This document shows positions 36,809 to 44,440 of a stretch of 44,440 bases of DNA, piece by piece; the stretch's first letter is position 1; every line of letters begins with the position of its first letter. The translations under genes and the position numbers were made by a program. The notes beneath the pieces are model-generated. The model was not told the DNA's origin and did not search any database. It worked only from the letters and a program-made list of their open reading frames with translations. Source of the stretch: Chthoniobacteraceae bacterium (GTDB taxonomy: Bacteria; Verrucomicrobiota; Verrucomicrobiia; Chthoniobacterales; Chthoniobacteraceae); contig JANNXQ010000183.1 in assembly GCA_031409655.1 (NCBI GenBank), positions 1 to 44,440 on the forward strand. The letters are read 5' to 3'.

Positions 36809-37489
36809 GTGGAGAAAACGCTCCTCCTCTTTGACATCGACGGCACGCTGCTCGCGAGCGGCGGGGCCGGCATCCGTGCCTTGGAGGCAGCGGCCACTGA
36901 GCAATTCGGCGATGGCAATCTGCGCGGCATCGAGATCGCCGGGCGCACCGATTCGCTGATCGCGCGTCAAGTGCTGGCGCGCCACGGACTCGAGGCGACG
37001 CCAGAGCGGATCTTCGCGTTTCTCGACTCTTACCTTGGCCATCTCGCCCGCCTTCTGCCTGATTCTGACGGCCACCTGCTTCCGGGCGTGGTGGCATTGC
37101 TCGAAGCGCTCAAGCCCCGTACCGAGCTGGTGCTCGCCTTGCTCACCGGCAATCTCGAGCGCGGCGCGAAACTCAAGCTCTCGCGCTACGGCGTGTGGCA
37201 TTACTTTGAGTTCGGCGCGTATGCGGACGATCACCACGACCGCAATGAGCTCGGCCCAGTCGCCCGCCAGCGTGCTCTGGATCGGCACGGCATCGACTTT
37301 CCGCCGGAGCGAATCTTCATCCTCGGCGACACTCCGCACGACATCGCCTGCGCCAAGGCCATCGGGGCCAAAACGATCGCTGTCACCACCGGCAAACACA
37401 CCCGCGCCGACCTCGCGGCCCACTCGCCCGAATTCATCTTCGACGACCTCTGCGACATCGCCGCTGTGCTCCGAGCATTGGAGGGGTAG
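36809..37489 (+). CDS. HAD-superfamily phosphatase (phosphoglycolate phosphatase-like)
   Basis: LFDIDGTL, LLTGN, K, GDTPHD motifs I-IV; GTG start inferred. Confidence 0.9.
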   Translation: MEKTLLLFDIDGTLLASGGAGIRALEAAATEQFGDGNLRGIEIAGRTDSLIARQVLARHGLEATPERIFAFLDSYLGHLARLLPDSDGHLLPGVVALLEALKPRTELVLALLTGNLERGAKLKLSRYGVWHYFEFGAYADDHHDRNELGPVARQRALDRHGIDFPPERIFILGDTPHDIACAKAIGAKTIAVTTGKHTRADLAAHSPEFIFDDLCDIAAVLRALEG

Positions 37490-37502
37490 TCAGTCGCTCT
37501 CG

Positions 37503-39659
37503 TTATGCCGCGCGCGCGGCCAGGCAACTCGAGACGAGTTTGGCGAGGCGATCGGAGTGGTAGGGCTTGGCGAGGAAGGTCGCGTCTGCTTCGGTCTCGA
37601 ATTCGGTGCCGATGAGTTCGGGGCTGTAGCCGCTCGTGTAGATGACTTTCAGCAGGTGCTTGTCCTGCAGGAGCTGACGGGCGAGTTGGCGGCCGGAGAT
37701 GGATTCCGGCATGACGATGTCGGTGAGCAGCAGGTCGATGTCGTCCTTTTCCCGCTCCCAGATCGCGATCGCCTCGGCACCATTCGCGGCGCTGAGCACG
37801 CGGTAGCCGAAGGACTCGAGCACCTCGGTGACGAAGATCCGCAGCATCTCTTCATCTTCGACGACGAGGATCGTCCCTTCCGCTGGCTTGCCATCTGAGG
37901 GAACGCTTTCCACGGGCGCGATCGTCGCGGCGACGGCGCCGGTGTGCGCGGGGAAGTGGATCTCGAAAGTCGTCCCGAGGCCGACTTCGCTGCGCACGTC
38001 GATCCAGCCGCCGTGCTGTTTCACGATGCCGTAAGTGGTGGCCAGTCCCATGCAGGTGCCGCGACCCTGCTCCTTCGTCGTGAAGAAGGGCTCGAAGATG
38101 CGCGTGATCGTCGCCGAATCCATCCCGTGGCCGGTGTCGCGTACCGCGAGCCGCACGTAATCGCCGGCGCGGGCGTCGGGTTGGTGGGCGATTTCGCCGT
38201 CGGTGAAGGTGACGCTGGACGTCGAGACCGTGAGCTTTCCTCCGTCCGGCATGGCGTCGCGCGCGTTGAAGACCAGATTCATGAAAAGCTGATCCACGTT
38301 GCTCGGATCGGCGAGGATCGTCGGCAAGTCCGCAGCGAGTTCGGTGACGATCGAGATGTCTTCACCAATCACCCGCCTCAGCATCGCCACGGTCTGGGTG
38401 ACCTGTTCGTTGAGGCTCATCGCGCGGCGTTGGATGATCTGCTTGCGGCTGTAGGCGAGGAGTTGGCGCGTGAGTTCCGTGGTGCGATCCGCGGCCTTGA
38501 CGACCTGATTCAGCGATTTCGAGATGTTCTCGTTGAGGCTCGGATTCGCGAGCTGCATCGAGGTGTTGCCGATGATCACGGTGAGGATGTTGTTGAAATC
38601 ATGCGCGATTCCCGCAGCGAGGCGGCCCACGGCTTCCATCTTTTGCGCCTGGCGCAGTTCGCCTTCGAGCCGCGTGTGCTCGGTCACGTCCTGCGCGATG
38701 AGCAGCATGTGGCCTTCGCCGCCGAGCTCCACGAGTTCGGTGTAAAGCAAAGCCTCGCGCTTTTCGCCGGCCTTGGTGCGAATCGATACGGGCAGTTCGC
38801 GCGCCGGTGTCTCTTGATTCACGAGCTCCCGCACGAGGCCCGGCGTGGCGGGATCGAGCCAGATGTCGCGCGCGGCGTCGGCGCTGCCGATGAGTTCGGC
38901 GCGCGAGCGCCCCGTCACTTTTTCAAAGCTCTCATTCACGTCGATGAACTCGGCGCGCTGGATGTGTTCGATGGCCATCGGCACCGGACTGGCCTGGAAG
39001 GCTTTGGAAAATCGTTCCTCGCTCTGGCGCAGCGCGGACTCCGCCGCACTGCGTTCGATCACCTCGCTCTTGAGCTGCTCATTGGCGGCGCGTAATTCGG
39101 ACGTGCGCTGATTCACCGCACGGTCGAGCTCCTCCATCTGCCGCTGCGCCATTTTCGTGAGCTGCCACTTCTTCGTGAGCGCGTGGGCCATCTGCAGCAC
39201 CTCCACGCTGTCGAAAGGTTTCTTCAAAATGAGCACGCTGTCGCTCTGCCCGAGCGCGGCGGTGATATCGTTCCAAGAGTAATCGGAATACGCGGTGCAG
39301 ATCACGATCTGGAGATCGGGATATTCCTTCCAGATGCGCGTGATCGTCTCGATGCCATCCCAGCCCGGCGGCATCCGCACATCGACGAAGGCCAGCGCGA
39401 AAGGCTTCCCGGCCTGCGCCGCCGCGCGCACCGCTTCAAGCCCCTCCTGGCCTTGAAAGGCGGAGGTCAGTTCAAAGTTCAGCCCGGAGGACTTCGGCTG
39501 CTCTTCGCCAAAGAGCGCGGCTTCGTCGTCCTCGAGGTCCTTCAATTTTTCGCTCTGCCCGCTGCCGAGTACTTTGCGGAAGTCATCATGGATCGACGGG
39601 TTGTCGTCGATGATCAGGATGCGGTTGTTCAGCGGTTCGCTCACGTCGGGTGCGTTCAT
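37503..39659 (-). CDS. Cytoplasmic hybrid histidine kinase (REC-PAS-HisKA-HATPase-REC)
   Basis: ILIIDDN...DVRMP; PAS; QAQKMEAVGRLAAGIAHDFNNIL; NARDAM; FEPFFTTK; C-terminal ILVVEDE...TDIVMP. Confidence 0.95.
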   Translation of the reverse strand: MNAPDVSEPLNNRILIIDDNPSIHDDFRKVLGSGQSEKLKDLEDDEAALFGEEQPKSSGLNFELTSAFQGQEGLEAVRAAAQAGKPFALAFVDVRMPPGWDGIETITRIWKEYPDLQIVICTAYSDYSWNDITAALGQSDSVLILKKPFDSVEVLQMAHALTKKWQLTKMAQRQMEELDRAVNQRTSELRAANEQLKSEVIERSAAESALRQSEERFSKAFQASPVPMAIEHIQRAEFIDVNESFEKVTGRSRAELIGSADAARDIWLDPATPGLVRELVNQETPARELPVSIRTKAGEKREALLYTELVELGGEGHMLLIAQDVTEHTRLEGELRQAQKMEAVGRLAAGIAHDFNNILTVIIGNTSMQLANPSLNENISKSLNQVVKAADRTTELTRQLLAYSRKQIIQRRAMSLNEQVTQTVAMLRRVIGEDISIVTELAADLPTILADPSNVDQLFMNLVFNARDAMPDGGKLTVSTSSVTFTDGEIAHQPDARAGDYVRLAVRDTGHGMDSATITRIFEPFFTTKEQGRGTCMGLATTYGIVKQHGGWIDVRSEVGLGTTFEIHFPAHTGAVAATIAPVESVPSDGKPAEGTILVVEDEEMLRIFVTEVLESFGYRVLSAANGAEAIAIWEREKDDIDLLLTDIVMPESISGRQLARQLLQDKHLLKVIYTSGYSPELIGTEFETEADATFLAKPYHSDRLAKLVSSCLAARAA

Positions 39660-41710
39660 CAATTGGCGTTCGAGACGGCGACGGGGAGTTCGAGGGTGAA
39701 GGTGGCGCCGAGGCCGGGGCCGGCGCTGGCCGCGGTCAGCGCGCCGCCCATTTCCTTCGCGGCATTGGCGCCGCTGTGCAGGCCAAAGCCGTGGCCGTTT
39801 TTCTTCGTGGTGAAGCCGTGCCGGAAGACGCTGGTGAGGTTCTGCGGGGCGATGCCCACGCCATTGTCGGCGACGGCGATGCGCACGCGGTCGCCGGCGT
39901 GCTCGACGCGGATCCCGATGCGCCCATCGGGCCGCTGGGCATCCTCCACGGCGTGCTTCGCATTGCGCAGGAGGTTGATGAGGATTTGCAGGACCTTGTG
40001 CTTGTCCACGCGCACCGGCGGCACCTTCTGAATCTCTTTTTCGATGTCGATGCCGTGCCGGGTGAAGCTCGCGGTGTTCAGTTGCAGGGCGTCTTCGACC
40101 AGCTTGTCGGCCGGCACGTCCTCGAGGAAACCCGTGGCCCGCGCGTAACTCTGCTGCATGGCGACGATTTCCTTGATGTGTTCGATGTTCTTTCCGAGCT
40201 GCTCGAGTTCGCTGCGCATGGCCGCGTTTTCCTCGACGAGGAAGCCGGAGAGCTTGCGGAGGTAGCCCGGGAGACGCTGGCCCTGGGTATCGCTGGTGAG
40301 GAAGGTGGCGAGATCCGCCTCGTGCGCACCGAGCAGCGCGGTGGCCTTGGCAAAGCTTTCGACCTTCGACGCGCGCAGTTTGTCGATCACCGTCGAGGCG
40401 GCGACGTTCACGCTGTTGAGCACGTTGCCGACATTGTGCAGCACGCCCGTGGCGACTTCGGCCATGCCAGCCTGGCGGGAGCTATTCACGAGCTGTCTGT
40501 TGAGGTCCGCCAGTCGCACTTCAGAGTCCTTGGCTTCCGTGATGTCCATCATCACCCCATAGACGGCGTACTGGGTCGGATCCGTGCCCGGGACCACGAT
40601 GGCCTGATCGCGAATCCAGCGCACCTCGCCACTGCGGTTGAGCATCCGATATTCGGCGACAAACTTGCCCGTGCGCAACCCGACGGCCTCGGCGTCGATC
40701 GGGATCGCGCGGTCGTCGGGGTGAACCTGCTCGAACCAGAGCCGGTCGGAGGCGAGCCACTCTTCCGGGGTGTAGCCGAGGATCGGAAAAATCTGCGGGC
40801 TCACGTAAGACCAGGCGCAAATCTCACCGAGGGAGCAGTGGTAGGTGATCTCGGGCAATTGCTCGACGAGGCCACGGAATTTCAGCTCCGCGACGCGCAG
40901 CTCTTCCTCCACGCGCTGGCGTTCCACGATCTCGCTCTCCAGCGCGACGAGCTTCTGCTGAAGCTCGGCGCGGGCCGTCTGCAGGGCGCCATCCTGTTCC
41001 TGAATGCGGGCGAGCACCTGATTGAAGGCGCCGGTGAGCTGGCCGAGTTCGTCCTGGCCGGGCGACTCCACGCGCACCGAGTAGTCGTGACTGCTGGCGA
41101 CCGCCTCGCTCGCGTCGGCGAGGAGCCGGATCGGCCCCGCGATGAAAGCCTGCAGCCGCATCGTGAGCAGCACGACGAGGACGAGCGAGCCGCCGAGCAC
41201 CGCGGCGGTGACGCTGAGATACACCCGCTGGAGCGCGCCGCGCGGGCGGGCATAATCGACATCCATGAAGAAGGTGCCGATCCGTTCGCCATCGAGCACG
41301 ATGGGTTGCACCACGGTCCAGAGCGCGCCGCGATCCAGGATGCCGGCGGATTCGCCGGGCCCGGGCGCCGCCCCGTGGTCGTCGCCGCCAAAGATGGCAA
41401 AGCGCTTTCCATCCTTGCTGAGCACAGCGGCGTGCTTGATCTCGGGCTTTACCTCCAGCGGGCTGAGGACTTCCTGGGCGGTCTTGGCGTCGTCGAAGGC
41501 GAGGGCCGTGGCGCAATTGTCGGCCATGATACGCGCCAGGGTGCGCAACTCGCCCTGGAAGGTGTGCCGGAAATTGCGGAGCTGAAAGACGTAGAGCCCG
41601 CCGGCCACGGCGAAGAGCGCGACGAGACTCGCGGCGCAGGTCACGAGCATCACCTTGCCGCGGATGGAGAGATCGCGAAAACGGAATTGGCCGAAGAACA
41701 TGGACTTCAT
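39659..41710 (-). CDS. Membrane histidine kinase (YfiN-like/CHASE8-type periplasmic domain, HAMP, PAS)
   Basis: ALAFDDAKTAQEVL periplasmic motif, DELGQLTGAFNQ HAMP, PAS, GMAEVATGVLHNVGN H-box, GHGFGLH. Confidence 0.9.
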   Translation of the reverse strand: MKSMFFGQFRFRDLSIRGKVMLVTCAASLVALFAVAGGLYVFQLRNFRHTFQGELRTLARIMADNCATALAFDDAKTAQEVLSPLEVKPEIKHAAVLSKDGKRFAIFGGDDHGAAPGPGESAGILDRGALWTVVQPIVLDGERIGTFFMDVDYARPRGALQRVYLSVTAAVLGGSLVLVVLLTMRLQAFIAGPIRLLADASEAVASSHDYSVRVESPGQDELGQLTGAFNQVLARIQEQDGALQTARAELQQKLVALESEIVERQRVEEELRVAELKFRGLVEQLPEITYHCSLGEICAWSYVSPQIFPILGYTPEEWLASDRLWFEQVHPDDRAIPIDAEAVGLRTGKFVAEYRMLNRSGEVRWIRDQAIVVPGTDPTQYAVYGVMMDITEAKDSEVRLADLNRQLVNSSRQAGMAEVATGVLHNVGNVLNSVNVAASTVIDKLRASKVESFAKATALLGAHEADLATFLTSDTQGQRLPGYLRKLSGFLVEENAAMRSELEQLGKNIEHIKEIVAMQQSYARATGFLEDVPADKLVEDALQLNTASFTRHGIDIEKEIQKVPPVRVDKHKVLQILINLLRNAKHAVEDAQRPDGRIGIRVEHAGDRVRIAVADNGVGIAPQNLTSVFRHGFTTKKNGHGFGLHSGANAAKEMGGALTAASAGPGLGATFTLELPVAVSNAN

Positions 41711-42249
41711 TTGTCGATCACGCTGCGTGCCACGCGGAGGAGTTTCGCGCTCACGGTGAGTCCATTGCGCGCGGCGGCCTTCGGATTCGCCTCAAATTTC
41801 ACGGTGCCGCCCTCCTTCACAAAGCCGAGCGCTCCACCGCGGCGCGCGAAATTCTCGCTGTCCCCGACCACGAGCACCGGCCGCCCCTGCACCGCGCCGA
41901 TCACGCCATCGCCACCGACCGACTCCGGGACGAAGACGAGATGGCACGCCGCGAGCGCGCCGGCGTCGCCTGCCGAGACGCGGCGGACTTCGATCTTGCG
42001 CCCATTCGCACTCGCTCCGGCGAAGGCCCGCGCCAGTTCGTCGCCCACCGCATCGCGCCCGACCACGCCGACGACGAGCGACGGTCCGCCGGCAAACGCC
42101 GACGCCGGCCACTCGACGAGCTTGGCGAAATTGAGCAGGTAGGCGGCCTTCACCGTGGCCTCGCTCTCGGCGCGGACGGCTGGGACGCAGAGGATCCACG
42201 TGACCCATGCGAGCCATAGGACCCGTCGCGTGACCGTGCTAGGCAGCAT
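41707..42249 (-). CDS. YfiR/HmsC-like (DUF4154) periplasmic protein
   Basis: VKAAYLLNFAKLVEWP, CHLVFV, PVLVVGD..F...GG, KFEAN..AA...GL.VSAKLL; start MLPSTV. Confidence 0.9.
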   Translation of the reverse strand: MLPSTVTRRVLWLAWVTWILCVPAVRAESEATVKAAYLLNFAKLVEWPASAFAGGPSLVVGVVGRDAVGDELARAFAGASANGRKIEVRRVSAGDAGALAACHLVFVPESVGGDGVIGAVQGRPVLVVGDSENFARRGGALGFVKEGGTVKFEANPKAAARNGLTVSAKLLRVARSVIDK

Positions 42250-42263
42250 CGCGCGCAAGGCTC

Positions 42264-44264
42264 TCAGAAGCGGTAGCTGAGCTTCAGCCGGAAGGTGCGG
42301 CCGTCCTGTTCGAGGCGGTCCTGCACGTGCTCGGCGCCGCCGGGCGAGCGGTAGCGGGCGTCGAGGAGATTGTAAACCGAGGCGGAGATCTCGAGACCGG
42401 GCCGCAGTTCGCGGCTGAGCAGCGTGGCATTCACGAGCCAGGTGTCGCCAGTGCGGTCGCGCTGGATGGTGAAACGATCCGACTGATAGAGCAGCTCGAG
42501 GCCGGCGCTGAGCTTCTCGCCAAAGATGGGCACCGCGAGCTGCGCACGCACGGCGTCGCGCGGGGCGTTCTCCAGTTCCTGTTCGGTGGCGCTGTCCTCG
42601 GAGACATGGCGCGTGTAACTCGCCCGGGCCAGCATGCCGTTGTCCCACTTACCCTCCACTTCCACCTCCGCGCCCCGCACACGGGCGTCCCCGCCATTGA
42701 TCGAAACAAGATCGCCGTTCGCATCCTCGCGCGTCGTCACTAGCGCGACGATGTCATTCTGAAACAGCGACGCCGACGCCCGCCAGTGCGCGTCGAAGTA
42801 GTGCTCGACGACGAGTTCGGTGGTCCGGATTTTTTCTGGCTGAAGGTCCGGATTCGCCCGCTGGCCGAAGCCCGCATAACTCAGTTCGTAGGTATTGGGC
42901 GCGCGGAAGGCTTCCCCATAGAGCAGCTTGAAGGTGGTGCTCTTCCACGGCTGCACGATCGCGCCGAAGCGCGGATTCACGGTGTCGCCGAAGCTGTTGT
43001 AACGGTCGTAGCGCACGCCACCGACCAGCTTCAGCCACTTGGTGATCTCCAGATTCCCGTCCGCATACGCGCCGAAGACCTCCTGCTCGCCAGCCACGTC
43101 CGCATAGACGAAGCGCGGGTCCACGTCGAAGTTGAGTTGCGTGAGATCGAGCGAGCGCCGGTACTCGACGCCGAAGGAAAGGCGAAAACGGTTGAAGAAT
43201 TGGTGGCTCGCATTTGCCTCAAAACCCCACCAGCGCGCATCCGCGGAGTCGTCGTTGCGATATTGTCCGCCGTCTTCGAGCGGGTAGTCGCCGTAACCTT
43301 GGTAGTGATAGGTGTCGTAGGACGCGCGCGCGTTGTAGGTCCAGCCATTCGCCGTGGTGTGGGTGAAGGCGAGTTCGACAAAGCCACGGGTGTCGAGCGT
43401 GCTGTTCAGGTCGTTGAAATTGCTGCCGTAGGAGGCGGTGGGCACATCCTTCTCCCGCGAGACATAGCCACCCCGCAGGGTGAAATCGCGCCAACTGAGC
43501 GAGCCGAGGAAATTCCAAGCACGGTCGCCGTCGCGCCGGTAAGCGATGCCGCGATTGGTCTCCGGCGTATCGAACTCCGGGAAGTAAAGGTCCGCATCGC
43601 CATCGGTCGCGTAGCCGGATCCGGAGAGCAGCAGGTCGATGCCATTGGCAAATTTCCGCCCAAACGTGACCCGGCCCGAGCGCGCATCGAAGCTCCCGTA
43701 ACTTCCTGCAACTTCCGTCCCATGCACGTCCGCCCCGCGGCGAGTCGTCACACTCAGCACGCCGAAGAAGGCATTGCTGCCGTAGAGCGCCGAGCCCGGC
43801 CCGCGGATGAATTCCACCCGCTCGATGAGATCCACATCGAGCAGCCCTTCGGTGCCCACCGGCACGGAATCGTACACGATGTCGTTCATGCGATGCCCAT
43901 CGATGAGCAGCAGCACCTTGCTCCCGTAATCGCCGAAGCGATTGAACCCGCGCACGCCGGTGTAGGTGTAATTGCGGTCGTAAGTGATATCGAAGCCGGG
44001 GGTCGCGCGGATGATGTCGGCGAGCGTGCGGTAGCCGAACTGCTGAATTTCGCGCCGCGTGACGATGGAGACGGAGGACGGCGCGTCGGTCACCTTCTCG
44101 GAGAACTTCGACGCTGCGAAGACGGTATCGACTTTGATCGAGCCGAGCTCTTCGAGGCTGAGATTGAGCAGGTGGGAGCCTTCGTCGGCCGCGGAGGCGA
44201 TCCGAACTGCGGCAAAGAGCGTCAAAACGAGGACGCGGCCCCTACGATGGGTGGAAAATTTCAT
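42264..44264 (-). CDS. TonB-dependent outer-membrane receptor
   Basis: LSLEEL..IKV...SK, DAPSSVSIVT, LLIDG, IERVEFIRGPGSALYG plug; NPDLQPE; NLLDARY; terminal YRF. Confidence 0.95.
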   Translation of the reverse strand: MKFSTHRRGRVLVLTLFAAVRIASAADEGSHLLNLSLEELGSIKVDTVFAASKFSEKVTDAPSSVSIVTRREIQQFGYRTLADIIRATPGFDITYDRNYTYTGVRGFNRFGDYGSKVLLLIDGHRMNDIVYDSVPVGTEGLLDVDLIERVEFIRGPGSALYGSNAFFGVLSVTTRRGADVHGTEVAGSYGSFDARSGRVTFGRKFANGIDLLLSGSGYATDGDADLYFPEFDTPETNRGIAYRRDGDRAWNFLGSLSWRDFTLRGGYVSREKDVPTASYGSNFNDLNSTLDTRGFVELAFTHTTANGWTYNARASYDTYHYQGYGDYPLEDGGQYRNDDSADARWWGFEANASHQFFNRFRLSFGVEYRRSLDLTQLNFDVDPRFVYADVAGEQEVFGAYADGNLEITKWLKLVGGVRYDRYNSFGDTVNPRFGAIVQPWKSTTFKLLYGEAFRAPNTYELSYAGFGQRANPDLQPEKIRTTELVVEHYFDAHWRASASLFQNDIVALVTTREDANGDLVSINGGDARVRGAEVEVEGKWDNGMLARASYTRHVSEDSATEQELENAPRDAVRAQLAVPIFGEKLSAGLELLYQSDRFTIQRDRTGDTWLVNATLLSRELRPGLEISASVYNLLDARYRSPGGAEHVQDRLEQDGRTFRLKLSYRF

Positions 44265-44304
44265 GGGAATACGCGATGGGCCTGACCGGGCAGGACGGGC
44301 CTAA

Positions 44305-44440
44305 GGAAACGCTGATTTAATCAGACGCGTGGGCAAAGGTCATGAGGAGGTGCGGGGTCGTAGAGGGATGGAAGCCCAACGGAGTTTCGCGCAGACCGAG
44401 TATAGCCGCAAAAAGAAGATCACCCGGCGGGAGAAGTTCC
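44305..44440 (+). mobile_element. Left end of an IS5-family insertion sequence (truncated by the window end)
   Basis: CTAA at 44301-44304 (IS5-type YTAR target) followed by IR-like GGAAACGCTGATTTAA and a transposase start. Confidence 0.85.
44368..44440 (+). CDS. IS5-family transposase, first 24 codons
   Basis: Hand translation MEAQRSFAQTEYSRKKKITRREKF matches the IS5-subgroup N-terminal pattern (SF...EY..K.K.TRRE.F). Confidence 0.85.
   Translation, partial: MEAQRSFAQTEYSRKKKITRREKF

Overview
GC-rich bacterial chromosome segment. Gene content (DUF1501 with DUF1549/DUF1553, PEP-CTERM protein, DUF1080, cupredoxin-PA14 protein) suggests a PVC-superphylum organism, most likely Verrucomicrobiota; this is an inference. 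In order, it carries: a partial sulfatase divergent from an OmpR-type two-component pair; a TMEM14-like protein; a secreted TPR-like protein / histidine kinase / OmpR operon with a tandem-repeat box upstream; an M42 peptidase; a secreted DUF1080 / cupredoxin-PA14 / beta-propeller cluster; nusA-infB-rbfA-nrnA-truB-ribF (leader terminator present, rimP absent); gltX-hicA-hicB-aroE-SLC13; fabH-tatD; a Tat-exported Gfo/Idh/MocA oxidoreductase; an isolated nuoB-nuoC pair with a perfect Rex-type palindrome, bounded by a 14-bp direct repeat; a PEP-CTERM gene with a sigma54-like promoter; the DUF1553/DUF1501 pair; infC with a probable ATT start; a HAD phosphatase; and a TonB receptor-YfiR-kinase-hybrid kinase operon with an IS5-family element inserted 40 bp upstream at the window end. 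Five intergenic palindromic elements of several types are present. No rRNA, tRNA or CRISPR array was recognised. All family calls come from motif recognition by eye, not from database searches.
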